The notes below the pieces were generated by a model, which was given only the letters and a program-made list of their open reading frames with translations, was not told the origin of the DNA and made no database searches. A program made the position numbers and the translations under genes. 64,000 nt of DNA from Chloropicon primus (Eukaryota), in contig CP060757.1 in assembly GCA_023205875.1 (NCBI GenBank), positions 1 through 64,000 of the forward strand. Direction: 5' to 3'. Positions 20,571-31,602 of the stretch are shown here, in pieces. Numbering within the stretch: the first letter of the stretch is position 1; each line of letters starts with the position of its first letter.

Positions 20571-21311
20571 ATGGCGTTGCCGACGGTGGCGGAGTTGCTG
20601 GGTCCGAGGAGGGGGAGGGAGGGGACAGACGAGGGCGCGGGCGACAGGAGGAAGAACAAGAGGGTTAGGAACACGCCGCACGTGGAGGGGGACTACAGCA
20701 CGCACGTCTTCGTCGATGTACAACACGATCGAGGCTTGTGCGAGGCCATCGAGGCCTTGGCGAGCGACCTCGAGAAGGAGTTGAGGGAGAGGTGCGGCGT
20801 GGTGGTGCAGTCCCTGGGGGAGGGGAGCAAGTGGCACGTCAGTCTGAGCCGGACGGTCGCGCTCAGGAAGGCGCAGATAGAGACGTACACCTCGCTGTTG
20901 AGGAGGCAGGCCAAGGGGCTCAAGGAGTTTGCCTGCGGCTTCGGGGGGGTGGTGGTGCTCCGCAACGACGAGGGGACGACCTCCTTCGTGGCCCTGGCGC
21001 TCGAGGATCGGGGCAAGGGGGAGGGGGGTGGCCTCGATGGGCTGGTGAACCGGGTGGATTGGGTTCACAAGCGGCACGGGCTGCGGGAGTATTATCAGCG
21101 GGAGGAGAGGCTTCACCACCTGTCCCTGTTGTGGGCTCCCGGGGAGGACTTCGCGAGGTTGACCGAGGGAGCAAAGCAGCTCCAAGCAGCGGCGGGGACC
21201 AAGGCGGCTCGGGGTCTGAGGGACGTTCAGCGCCGCCGCGTCTTGCGCGTGAAAGCGATATCGGCCAAGATAGGCAGCCAGATCACGACCTTTTCTCCTT
21301 CACCGACTTGA
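20571..21311 (+). CDS. USB1: U6 snRNA phosphodiesterase (2H family)
   Basis: N-terminal RVRNTPHVEGDYSTHVF and two HxS catalytic motifs (HVSLSR, HLSLLW). Confidence 0.9.
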   Translation: MALPTVAELLGPRRGREGTDEGAGDRRKNKRVRNTPHVEGDYSTHVFVDVQHDRGLCEAIEALASDLEKELRERCGVVVQSLGEGSKWHVSLSRTVALRKAQIETYTSLLRRQAKGLKEFACGFGGVVVLRNDEGTTSFVALALEDRGKGEGGGLDGLVNRVDWVHKRHGLREYYQREERLHHLSLLWAPGEDFARLTEGAKQLQAAAGTKAARGLRDVQRRRVLRVKAISAKIGSQITTFSPSPT

Positions 21312-21431
21312 CGGCGACGACGAGGTGGTGGGTTTGTCCCGCGCGTTGCATATTGTATTACCAGTCTTGTATTTTAGAAAAATATCGTTGCTGCATTCTT
21401 GTTGGTGCTCTTCACGCCGTCGCCGTCGTGC

Positions 21432-23666
21432 TCACGTCTTGATCACGTAGGATCTCACCGAGTGTATTCTCCTTCCGTTCTTGTCCACCATCAGGGGAAA
21501 GTTCTTCCTGCTGCTGTACTCGTCCTGGACGGACCGTGATTTCGAGATCACAGAGTTGTACAAAATGGCCCTGTCCTTGAGGTAGTCCCTGAGCTCCGGC
21601 AGCTGCTCCGCCCGCTTCTCGATTCTCTTCTGGGCCAAGGCGTAAAAACCGTCGTAGTACGACGTCCGGAAGGCGGTCTCCTCCCTCAGGTGGTTGATCA
21701 CTTCCTCGTCCACGTGGTCAATGAACTGGACCTTGGAGATGTGAAGGACCTCGAGCTCCGTCACCGCGTGGATCTGGTACCCCCTCTGGAACTGCTGGAA
21801 GACGCACGTCTCGCCAAAGACGTCTCCCTCGTGGAGGTCCCTGATGACGAACAGATTGTGCTCCCTCTTGGAGTGGGACGCGCTCTTGCTGCCCGTTTTG
21901 TTGGACCCCATCGCGCCCATCATGCTGCCCATGGGGGGCTTGTTCTTCCCAAGGGGCAGGCCGGTGAGCTTGTCCACCGCCCCGGGCGAGTGGGCCCCGG
22001 GGCTGAGGCCCCCCTGCATGCCGTGGTGCCTGGCCTTGGAGCTCACCACTTGGAACTTGCTGCTGTGGTCTCCCGTGTTTTGGGGCAAAGAGTGGTTCAG
22101 CAACGAGTTCGTGTCCTTGTTCGCTTGCTTAGTCTGCCTCTGCACGCCGTAGGCGACCACGGCGTGCCCCTTCATGATGAAAGACACGTGGTCGTCCTTG
22201 TCTGGGTTGAACATCGTCCCCCGGTTGTGGGTCTGGATCACAAAGTACGGAGCGATGCTCTCGATGTGGCCGCGGGTGCAGTTTCGGAACAGCCTCAAGG
22301 TGGACAGGGCCCCAAGGTTCACCTGCTGAGTCTTCTGGTGCTCGTTCTTCATCAAGTAAAGGTAAGACCCTTTGTCCAGGGTCAGCAGCACGGTCTCCTC
22401 GGCGCAGACGGCGCTCGCGGCCCTGGCCCTGTCGCTCAGCAAGGCCAGCTCCCCGAACCCCTGGCCGGTCTCGAGCTCCGTCAGCAGCTGGGACCCGCTC
22501 GCGATGATCAGACTCTTTCTCCTCTGCCTCCTCGTCGTGATCTTCGAGATGCTTATCCCGTTGGACCTCTCGGGGCTGTGCTGCAAGCCAGTGGAGGCCA
22601 CGTTGGAGCTGCTCTCGGTCTCGTGCTTTCCTGCCGAGGCCTCCTGGCTCGTCGCGGGCCTCCCGCCCGAGCCCTCGCTTTTGTGCCCCCCCTGGTCGTC
22701 GTTCCCGGGGTTGTCGTCCCCGGCATCCGCCTTGGAGCCCGCCTGCCCCTTATCCCTGTCCCCCTGGCTCGTGTGAAGGTCTCTCTTCTTCTCGGACGCC
22801 GCGGACGAGTCCTTGGCCATCGCCAAGGCGGCCAGCTTGTTGCTGTTCAGGTCCTGCTCGTCCAGCTGGGCCATCTGCTCCACTTGGATCCTCACCCGGC
22901 CGTACGCGATGATGTAGTACTTTCCAGAGTTCCCTGGCTGGTCGCCCTGCACGAACACGACCTCGTTGGCCTTGAAGTGCTCCATCTTCATCGCCGCTGC
23001 CATGTCCTTCTGGATGCTCCGGTTGTACTTGCTGAAGAACTCCGTCTGAAGGGTCTGGGATATCAAGTTGTGGACCTCCTCGATCTCCTCGGTGGTCCTC
23101 TCCTCCGGGGGCTTCAAGAAAGCTTTCCTGTTGCGGAGGAGGAGGGCCTTGATGGCGTCCCCCTTGCCGCTGTAAACCTTGGCCTTCTCCTTGCTCTGCC
23201 AGCCGCTGTTCGCCGTGCGGCTCTCCCCCGTGGCCCTACTCGCGGAGCTCAGGTCGTCCAGCCCGCTCCGCCACCGGGAGATGTAGTCGTCCACGCCGCT
23301 CAGCATGTTCTCGAACTTGCTCTTGGTGGCCCCCGCCCCAGAGGGAGGCGGTCCGGTCCCGGTCCTCTCCTTCCCCGCGCCCGCGGGCTTGGGTCTCCTC
23401 TTCCCTCTCGACAACCTCGCGCGGCTGCTGATGGGACCCACGGTCGCGTAACTCGGCTTCGTCACCCCTGTGCTCGCCCCAGCCCCCCCCTGGTTCCCCT
23501 GGCTCGCCCCTCCAGAAGTCGACGCGACCGGCGGACTCATCCCTCCTCCTCCTCCTCCTCCTTGGTGGCCTTGGTGGTTCAAGTGCTCGCCGCCACTCGG
23601 CTTGTTCCTCGCCGCGGCGGTGGCGTTGCTCCTGTTCTGCCCCCCGCCCGTCTTCTCCCAGGGCAT
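21432..23666 (-). CDS. Protein with two cyclic-nucleotide-binding domains (CNBD2-like)
   Basis: First domain: VVFVQGD...YYIIAYGRV...GQGFGELALL...RAAS. Second domain: FIMKG...GDVFGE. KPPEERTTEEIE precedes the first domain. The start is uncertain. Confidence 0.82.
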   Translation of the reverse strand: MPWEKTGGGQNRSNATAAARNKPSGGEHLNHQGHQGGGGGGGMSPPVASTSGGASQGNQGGAGASTGVTKPSYATVGPISSRARLSRGKRRPKPAGAGKERTGTGPPPSGAGATKSKFENMLSGVDDYISRWRSGLDDLSSASRATGESRTANSGWQSKEKAKVYSGKGDAIKALLLRNRKAFLKPPEERTTEEIEEVHNLISQTLQTEFFSKYNRSIQKDMAAAMKMEHFKANEVVFVQGDQPGNSGKYYIIAYGRVRIQVEQMAQLDEQDLNSNKLAALAMAKDSSAASEKKRDLHTSQGDRDKGQAGSKADAGDDNPGNDDQGGHKSEGSGGRPATSQEASAGKHETESSSNVASTGLQHSPERSNGISISKITTRRQRRKSLIIASGSQLLTELETGQGFGELALLSDRARAASAVCAEETVLLTLDKGSYLYLMKNEHQKTQQVNLGALSTLRLFRNCTRGHIESIAPYFVIQTHNRGTMFNPDKDDHVSFIMKGHAVVAYGVQRQTKQANKDTNSLLNHSLPQNTGDHSSKFQVVSSKARHHGMQGGLSPGAHSPGAVDKLTGLPLGKNKPPMGSMMGAMGSNKTGSKSASHSKREHNLFVIRDLHEGDVFGETCVFQQFQRGYQIHAVTELEVLHISKVQFIDHVDEEVINHLREETAFRTSYYDGFYALAQKRIEKRAEQLPELRDYLKDRAILYNSVISKSRSVQDEYSSRKNFPLMVDKNGRRIHSVRSYVIKT

Positions 23667-24218
23667 TGCGTGTGTTGAGCAAGTCTTGGCACGCGCAGGC
23701 CGTCCTTCCTCACGAACACGTCGTCGTCGTCGTCTTACCCTCGGCGTGGCCGTGTCACAAACAACCCACAACAGAGACAGAGACAGAGACAGAGACAGAG
23801 ACAGAGGAAGCGCGTCGTGTTGTTACTGTGCGGTGCGGTGTGGTTGGAAGGTGTCCTTGTGTCGTAGTGTCCCAGGTGCGTTTCGTTTCCTTCCCTTGCC
23901 TCGGGTCCCCCTCGCCCTCCCCCTCGCCCTCGCCCTCGCGCTCTTCTTCGTGCTCTCTTGTTAATGTTGGGGTGGGGTCCGGGATGCGGAGGGTCGAAAC
24001 CAAGATACGAGCTTTGACTCCTGGTTTCGGATCCTTGTACTCGGATCCATGAGGAACGAACCTCTCCCACCGAAGACCTAAAGAGCGGGAAACCGAGGAC
24101 TGCCAAGGCGTTTCGTTCTCGGCGATCAGTTTTTTCGGGATCGCGGCGATCGATCATCGATCGTAAGACCGGACGAGACGAAGAGCGAAGAGCGAAGACC
24201 GGACGAGACGAAGAAGGG

Positions 24219-25968
24219 ATGAGGGGGAACGCAAGACAGACATCCTTGGCAACCACAGCCGTGCCGACTCGTGTGGTGTGCTTCGCAAGAAACGCAAACG
24301 AAAGCGCAAACGCAAACAGAGGGAGACCGAGACCGAGAGGATGCACCACCAAGGGGTTCGCTTCCGCTTCCTCGGCGACGAGGAGGGGCGCCGTCGCGAG
24401 GAGGGAGGCCATCGGAGGGGGGGACGGGAGGGAGTGGACCGAGCAAAACTTCAGGGACGTCAAGGTGAAGGCTGGATCATCTGCTGAGGCGGAGCCCGCA
24501 CCCGTGGGCATCTTCGACAAGGTGAGTGGAGTGCTTCCTTCGGGAAACGCGCGAGAACGGAAGGGAACAGGGAGGGGAACGTCAATCGATCGATATCACC
24601 TCGCTGACATCCATCTGCTTGCTTTTGTCTGCGTCCTTCGGGACCAACCTGGTTCTCTCGGTCATCATCATCATCCCGTTCCCATTTCAGATCTACCGCG
24701 TGGTCCCGAACGCCAGCAACAACCGTTCGCTGTGGGGGGTGGGACTCATGCAACTGCTGTGGACGGCGTCCACGCTGATGTACGTCTCGGTGCTGCCGAT
24801 CTACATGAAGCAGGAGCTCGGGTTGTCCAACACCAAGATTGGCGTCCTGGAGGGTGCGGCCGTGGCCTCGGCCTTCTTCTCCAAGGTGTTCTCGGGGATC
24901 ATCAGCGACGCGCTCAGGTCGCGCACCGCTGTCATCTTCGTCGGAGCCATGCTGACCCTCGCCTGCAAGCCGATGTTCGCGGCCTCCGCGTCGATCAAGG
25001 CGACCTACGGGGCGACAGTGTGCTTCTACTGGATCTTCTCCGGGAAAATCGCGGACAGGCTGAGCAAGGGAATCAGGGCCGCGCCCACGGACGCCCTGCT
25101 GGCCGACCTGTCCCCCGGGGACGCGAGGAGCAAGGCCTTCTCCCTGTGCCAGTCGCTCGCGACGTTCGGAGGTGTGCTGGGATCCTCCGTCACGGCTGCC
25201 ATGCTGTTCAGGGGGGTCTCCTACGAGACCATTTTCTTGCTGGCCGCTGTCCCCTCCGCGCTCGCGATCTTCGTCCTCTTCACTGCCGTCAAGCAGCCGG
25301 AGCTGTCTTCCGAGGCAGGGGAATCCTCGACCAACGGCGCGGCCTCCTCGTCGAGCAAGAAGTCCTCCGGAGGCTTCGGCGAGGTCCTGAAGAACGCCGC
25401 GAGCTTGCCTTGGCAGTTTTACTTTTCTGCCCTCATCGTGAGCACCTTGTACATCGCCAGGTTCTCCGAGTCTTTCGTGATTCTCAGGGCCAAGAGCCTG
25501 GGGTGGGAGACCGCCGCCTTGCCCCTCCTGCTCACCAGCAACCAGATTCTTCAGGGACTCTTCACCTACCCCATGGGGATGCTCGCGGACAACTTGGGAA
25601 GGAAGCAGATTCTGACCGTCGGGTTCCTCGTGCTGCTTGCCGCGAACGCAGTGTTCATCTTTGTCAACCACCCAGTCGGAGCAGTCATCGGGTTCTTGAT
25701 CGTGGGTCTCCACATGTCCATGACCCAGGCGAACACCAAGGCCTTGCTGACCGAGTACATCAACCCCACCCAGAGGGGCACGGCGTTTGCCATGTTCGCC
25801 GTCTTCAGCGGCTTTGCCTTGTCCTTTGGAAACACCCTGGCGGGAATATTGAACGACAAGTATGCTGGCATTGGTTGCTTCTACGGGGGAGCTGCAGCTA
25901 CGACTGCGGCAACCATCCTGCTCCTCATCTACTTTTCCGTCGTGGGCAACAAGCAGCAGAAGGCCTGA
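24219..25968 (+). CDS. Major facilitator superfamily transporter with transit-peptide-like N-terminus; 2 exons
   Basis: Exons 24219-24521 and 24691-25968, intron GTGAGT...TTTCAG. About 12 hydrophobic segments. MFS motifs GIISDALRSR, DRLSKGIR and GMLADNLGRK. Confidence 0.88.
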
Positions 25969-25997
25969 GAATGAAAGAAAACCGTAACGGTACAAGT

Positions 25998-26002
25998 TGT
26001 AA
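25998..26002 (+). terminator. Chlorophyte-type TGTAA polyadenylation signal (one example of several)
   Basis: TGTAA occurs shortly after stop codons at 25998, 47869, 52210 and 63959 on +, and at 3546, 26102 and 60529 on - (read as TTACA). Confidence 0.6.
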
Positions 26003-26125
26003 CGAAAGTCCTTTTTTTGTAGAGCAAATCATCGAGCTCTCGGCGGCGGCGGCGAAACGCACACCCCACAAAATGAAAAAGAATGCTTTTTGTCGATTTG
26101 ATTACAATGAATTGACTGCTAACTT

Positions 26126-29100
26126 TCAACCTTTTGTCCAGACAGCGAAGCCGTTCCCGCTGCTTTCCAGGACCCAGCCGTCTTTGGTCGCGGGCGACCA
26201 CGATCCCTGGCCCACCTTAACGGCCAACTTGTTGTCGACGTAAGCCGCGTAGAGGTTGTCCTTGGCCTCCACAATCTTGACCTTGGACCTGGAATGAATG
26301 TCCTTCTTCCTTCTGAGGGCCACGAGCTCGCAAATCTTCTGTGAAACCTCCGATCCCCAATCGAAGAGGTGGTCCCAGAACACCGAGGGCGTTCCCGGAT
26401 GGGTGAGAATGTACGCGTACCCCATGAGAATTTTGTCAGCAGGGAAAGGCCAGTGAGCCTGCGTGCTGCCCGTGTCGTGGTTGTCCAAGAACGTGACCGC
26501 GTGGCTGGGCCACACGCCCATTACTCCAGGAGGGCGGCCCTCGGTGTCCACCAGCCTCCAAAGCTCGTTCCTTCCCACTGCCTCCTGCAGGATGCCCTTG
26601 GTGGTGAAGTCAAATGCGGCTGACTTGCCTCCGGCTTGGTCGCACCAGTCCACCACCCTCTGCCTGTGGTGGTCCTGGTTGTAGGACAGGGTGCCATCCC
26701 CGCCGTAGTTGCAGGTCTCCCAGAATTCCCCCACCGAGAACTCCGGCCTGCAGGCCTCCACGTACTCTCCAACGAATTGCCCGCTGTACCCCTTGGTGAA
26801 GTCGAACCGGAGCGACTTGAACCCAACCTCTTCGCTGAGCAGCCACTTGAGCCACCCCTTCAGGTCTTCCCTCACAAAGTCCTGGGAGTGATCAATGTTA
26901 GGGGCCGCAGTGAAGTCATCCCCAGACTTGTTATTGCCCTGCCCCCCGAACTGGTGGTTATCCCTGCAGATGGCCCTCTCGTCCCAGCCCATCTTTGTGC
27001 CGTCCCACCTGTTCCACTTTCCACCAGCGCCCCGCGTGGTGGCGCACCTGTGGTTGATCACAATGTCCGCCATGGGGTGGAGCTCGTATTCGCCCATGCA
27101 CGAAATGACTCGCTTCAACTGCTCCATGGAGCCGTACTTGGTGTTCAAGTTGTACAGGTCCCTGGGGAGGTAGCCCTGAGGGGCAATCGAGTCGGATGGC
27201 GGCGGGAACCAGACGCCAGAAAAGCCCGCGGACTTGATCTCCGGGACCTTCTCCCTGATGATGTCGTACCAGTTCAGGTTGTGAGATTCCCAGTGGAAAC
27301 CCTGCAGCAGGATTTCTCTGCCGTGGTCCAGTCTCCAGAGCATCACGCTCGTGTCGATCTTGGGGGGAGCGACATCAAGGAGCCTGGGCTCTTCCTGCCT
27401 CGGCGGTTCAACAACGGCTGGCTCGGCCGTTATGACCTCAGCGCTGGGAGGAGCGGTCCAGGCATCCTCCAGGGCCTTGAGCCTCTCGTCGATATCGACG
27501 AGAGACTGGCTGCCGGTTTCGGCCTTCACCTTGTCTTCCACGTCTTGAATCCTTTGGAACAGGTTGTCCAGAACGCCCTTGTGGCCGCCGGCCCGCCCCG
27601 TCGATTCCTGCTCCGCGGTGCTGGTGCTGGCGGCGTACCCTAGCAAGGCGCCGAGCACCCCGAACCACCCAAGCTGCTTGTCCGAAGGCGTGCTCCCCTG
27701 AAGCTTTTGATCCGCGATCCCCTCCAGCCTCTCGATTTGGGTGTTGAGAAGCTGCTCCCTCTTCTTGCTCTGAGTCCTGGCCTTCTCCAGCTGGTGCTCA
27801 ACGTGCTGCAGCCTCTTCTCGAGCACCTCGTTGCTCTCCTGGAGCATGCTTGCCACCCTCTCATCCATCGCGGACGAGATGTCCACAAGCTGCTTTCTCA
27901 GCCTCTCGAAGTTGTCGCCGTCCAGAAAGCCCCTTGGGGGCGTGCCGCCGCTTCCAGGAAACGCAACGTCCGGAGCCGTTGCCCGCTGGGACGACAGGGC
28001 ACTGCTCTTGGCATCCGTGCCGATCTTCAGGATCGTCTCCAGCGAGTCGACTTGGGCCTGAAGCTCCTCCAGCCTCCCCTCCCTGCCCGACAGCGTCTCC
28101 ACAGTGTCGTTCAAGGAGGTCACCTTCTTTTGCAGGCTGCTGATGCTGAAGACTCTTTCCTCCCCCGCTTCCTTCACCGGAAGTGGGGATGCCCCACCGA
28201 GGTCCGAGTTTCCGGGCATGTTTCGCCGCTGCCTCACCCTCTCCAAGGCGCCCGCGTACTTCTGCTGGATCGTGGACAGCTGCGGCTGCGGCTGCGGCTC
28301 CGGCTCAGTGGACTCGCTCTCCTCTCTCGTGCGCCGGGGCGGGGGCATCGTCGTCGTCGTCCTGTCCCTCGTCAAACTCGCGAACGCTTGCTCTCGTTCC
28401 CGGTCTTCCTCCTTGGCGACCTTTGGCTTCCCCCACCTCCTCCACCTCTTCGCCTGCTTCGGTGGTTGCGGTTCCGCCGCGACCTGCTGCTCGGCGCGAG
28501 GCTCGGCCTTCTCCAGGACCACTCCCGCCCCTGGGAGCGGGGCGGAGGAGTTCGTGTCCACGAACCACACCCCGGAGCTCCTCAGGTTTGGAGGAGCGGC
28601 GAGGGTGGCGCCGCCCCCCGCCGCCTTGCTCGCCGCTTTCCCGCGGGCGGGGCCGCCCTGGCTGGAGCCAAAAGGGGAGGGAGCGCCCTCCGAGGTGGAC
28701 CCTCCGCCGTACTGCAGTTTCTGGTTCCTCTTGGGGGGCAGCGGGGGCAGGCGGATCGAGGAACCCGGTGGTAGTGGCGAGCCCGGGCCCCCGCTGCGGG
28801 CGGCGGAGGGCCCTGGAGCGACTTCTTGGTCACCACCACCACCGGTGAGGAGCGACTTGAGCTGCACGAGCGCGAACAGGCCGAGGAGGGTGCCTGCAAC
28901 GCCCCCAGGAGTCACGGAGGGGGCGAAAGGAACCTGCTGCTGCGTCGTTCTCACAAGTCGCCTCGCATCATCCACCGCCGTTGTTTCCGCCATCATGACT
29001 TCCCTGGAGAGCGGTCCGAAGACCCCGCTCGGCGGGAGCCCCCTCTCCCTCTGCCAGGCGGCGAGCGCCACCCTGGTGTCCCCGTCAAAGTACCTCGCAC

Positions 29101-29383
29101 CCGTTGCCTGGTCTCGTTCTCGTGACTGGAGGAACTTCATGGTCTCCAACCTGTCCTGCAGCCACTCGACCCCCTTCCCCTCGCTCCCTTCCCTCAACAC
29201 TCCCACCGCGTCAGACGACCCACCACCCACCGCTCGGTGCCTCCTCCTCGTCCTCGTCCTCGTCCTCGTGTTGCTGCTGCTCCATTGGAATGGGACGGAG
29301 GCCGAGGTCGTCGTTGTTGTTGTTTTTGTTTTTGTTTTTGTTTTTGTGGGTGGTTGTGGTCGGGCACGAGGACCCAACATCAT
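26126..29383 (-). CDS. Alpha-amylase (plant-type GH13) with a long N-terminal extension (peptidoglycan-binding-like domain, hydrophobic helix, coiled coil)
   Basis: Catalytic region about 27330-26126: EILLQGFHWES, QGYLPRDLYNLN, DIVINHR, RFDFTKG, VGEFW, FLDNHDTGSTQ. The ORF is uninterrupted from MMLGPR at 29383. Confidence 0.92.
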   Translation of the reverse strand: MMLGPRARPQPPTKTKTKTKTTTTTTSASVPFQWSSSNTRTRTRTRRRHRAVGGGSSDAVGVLREGSEGKGVEWLQDRLETMKFLQSRERDQATGARYFDGDTRVALAAWQRERGLPPSGVFGPLSREVMMAETTAVDDARRLVRTTQQQVPFAPSVTPGGVAGTLLGLFALVQLKSLLTGGGGDQEVAPGPSAARSGGPGSPLPPGSSIRLPPLPPKRNQKLQYGGGSTSEGAPSPFGSSQGGPARGKAASKAAGGGATLAAPPNLRSSGVWFVDTNSSAPLPGAGVVLEKAEPRAEQQVAAEPQPPKQAKRWRRWGKPKVAKEEDREREQAFASLTRDRTTTTMPPPRRTREESESTEPEPQPQPQLSTIQQKYAGALERVRQRRNMPGNSDLGGASPLPVKEAGEERVFSISSLQKKVTSLNDTVETLSGREGRLEELQAQVDSLETILKIGTDAKSSALSSQRATAPDVAFPGSGGTPPRGFLDGDNFERLRKQLVDISSAMDERVASMLQESNEVLEKRLQHVEHQLEKARTQSKKREQLLNTQIERLEGIADQKLQGSTPSDKQLGWFGVLGALLGYAASTSTAEQESTGRAGGHKGVLDNLFQRIQDVEDKVKAETGSQSLVDIDERLKALEDAWTAPPSAEVITAEPAVVEPPRQEEPRLLDVAPPKIDTSVMLWRLDHGREILLQGFHWESHNLNWYDIIREKVPEIKSAGFSGVWFPPPSDSIAPQGYLPRDLYNLNTKYGSMEQLKRVISCMGEYELHPMADIVINHRCATTRGAGGKWNRWDGTKMGWDERAICRDNHQFGGQGNNKSGDDFTAAPNIDHSQDFVREDLKGWLKWLLSEEVGFKSLRFDFTKGYSGQFVGEYVEACRPEFSVGEFWETCNYGGDGTLSYNQDHHRQRVVDWCDQAGGKSAAFDFTTKGILQEAVGRNELWRLVDTEGRPPGVMGVWPSHAVTFLDNHDTGSTQAHWPFPADKILMGYAYILTHPGTPSVFWDHLFDWGSEVSQKICELVALRRKKDIHSRSKVKIVEAKDNLYAAYVDNKLAVKVGQGSWSPATKDGWVLESSGNGFAVWTKG

Positions 29384-29728
29384 GATGGCGGGCGGGGTTG
29401 GCGCTTCACTCAGGTCAACTGGGTTGCCCTCCTTCCCCTTTTTCTTTTGTTTTCTTTTGTTTTGGGTTTGAATTTGGCGGGAACGGAGGAAAATTGAGGC
29501 CGAAAAACGAGACATTTCCCGGGAAAGAAACAGAGAGCCAAGAGCAGAAGGGAAGAGGTCGGGGTCGGGGTCGGGGTGTACCACGACGAGCACGACGAGC
29601 GCAAGGGCAAGCTTAAGGTCCTCACTCTCTCTTTTACCTTGTGCTGCGAAGGCAACACCAAGGAAGAGTCTCTCTTGTTGTTGTTGTGTTGTGTTGTGTT
29701 GTGCGGAGTGGAGGAGGATACGAAGAGG

Positions 29729-31344
29729 ATGGCTCCTTCTTCTTTGGAGGTGGCGAGGTTGGGTCTGTTCACGAGCCAGGGGTGCAAGCATTGCAGGAGG
29801 GCCAAGGCCCTGCTCAAGGAGAAGAGCATCTCGTACAAGGAGGTCGACCTCACGAAAGCACAAAGAGTCAGGAAGGCCGTCCAGGAGTACACAGGAAGGA
29901 GGACCGTCCCGCAAATCTTCATCGCGCAGAACTGCATAGGAGGAGCAGACGAGCTCTACAGGTAAGCCACACACGCACACACACTTGCTCGGCTCGGCTG
30001 GACCCCCTCGCTGACTCGCCATCGCGTGTTCTCAAAAGCTTGGAGGAGAGGGGCGAGCTGGACCGGAAGCTGAGGGAGGCGGAGGAGCGAGGACAGGCGC
30101 CCTTCCCGGTCCAAGTGGAAGCCCTCGTGTCCGAGGCGGAGGGGGACGGCGGGGACACTGGCGGCGCTGCTGCAGGCGAGGGCGAGGGATTTGACTGGAA
30201 GAGGTACGACGAGATCCTGTCGATCGCGTCGGGGTGTCCCTTTGGGTCGTCGGAGTTCGGGGCGGCCGACCTCGTGGGGCACTTCACGAGGGTCGACGGG
30301 GGTCGCGCCGCGGGGACGGAGGCCGAGGCCTGGGCCCTGGGTCAGGAGCTGTTGGACAACAGGCTGGTGGAGGTCGTCGGCGTCGGCGACGGGGCCGGCA
30401 GCAAGCACAGGTTCGGCGACGATCCGGGGGCCAGGTACCGGTTCACGTTCTCCGCGGCGAGGAAGGTCTCCTCCTCGGCGTCGGGACGGGTGTTCAACCG
30501 CGACGTGGTGTGGCCCGTCAGGGCGAGGAGCGCCCCCGTCGTCGCCGAGTCCCTGAGGACGAAGATCTTGGACCTGTACGAGACTTTCCTGTCGGAGGAC
30601 GGCAAGGCCGTGGACTACGCGGGGCTCGCGAGGAGCGGCAAGTTCGCCGACTACGTGAGGGCCACGAGCGAGCTGAGGGAGGTGGACGTTTCGGTCCTCT
30701 CCCGCCCGGAGAAGATCGCCTTCTTCGTCAACGTGTACAACGCCCTCGTGGTTCACGCCACGGCGACGGTGGGCGCCCCGGCCTCCGTCCTGGAGCGGGC
30801 CAAGTTCTTCGGGAACATCAAGTACGAGATCGGGGGCCTGGAGTACAGCTGCGACGACGTGGAGCACGGGATCCTCCGTGGGAACGCCGTCCCCCCGAGC
30901 TCCGTGCTCGCCCTGGTCGGCCTGTCCTGCCTCGCGAGTCGGACCTTCAAGAAGTCGGACCCGAGGGCCGCCCTGGCGGTGAGCCCGGTGGATCCCCGGA
31001 TCCACTTTGCCCTCGTGTGCGGCGCCAAGAGCTGCCCCCCCATCCGGCTGTACAGCGCGGAGAACCTGGAGGAGGGCCTCCAGGGCGCCGCGGAGGCCTT
31101 CTGCGAGTCCGAGGTCGTGGTGGACCTCTCGAGGAGGAGGGTCACCCTCTCCAAGATCTTCAAGTGGTACGGCAAGGACTTTGCCAAGACCGAGTCGGAC
31201 CTCCTGCAGAGGATCGAAAGGGAGTACTTTTCTGGTGGTGCGGACAACGACTTGAGCACGCTGCTTCGGGGGTCCAAGTACTCGGTCAAGTACGCCGAGT
31301 ACAACTGGGACGTCAACGACCAGGGATCTGGGACCCATGAATAA
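29729..31344 (+). CDS. Glutaredoxin + degenerate DEP + DUF547 domain protein; 2 exons
   Basis: Exons 29729-29961 and 30039-31344. Grx motifs CKHC, TVPQIF and IGGADEL. DUF547 motifs AFFVNVYNALVVH, EHGILRGN, DPRIHFALVCGAKSCP and LSKIFKWYGKDF. Confidence 0.9.
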
Positions 31345-31602
31345 TCCTAAGGAGCCCCTAAGAATGAATCCAATCCAAACGAAACTCCAATCCAAACTCC
31401 AATCCAGGAGACAGAGAGACAGAAAACCTGCCCCGAAACATCTGCCCCCGTGAGCTCCTCGACCCAAGAGTCCCTCTGCTGCTGGTGGTCAGGCCCTTTG
31501 CCGCTAATCCGCTTGACCCTGCATTGCTCGAACTCGTCGGGCTTGCGTCCACTTCCGTAAGCCAAGGCCGCCGGATGGCTGCTGCTGCCTGCGCTGCTGC
31601 TG

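Noticed and set aside
9418..23666. Cyclase and cNMP-binding protein as a functional gene cluster
   Set aside because: They are 10 kb apart with several unrelated genes between them. Co-location is probably chance.
29384..30022. Upstream extension of the amylase ORF to 30022
   Set aside because: It overlaps the glutaredoxin exon on the opposite strand and runs through low-complexity promoter DNA. The start at 29383 is more plausible.
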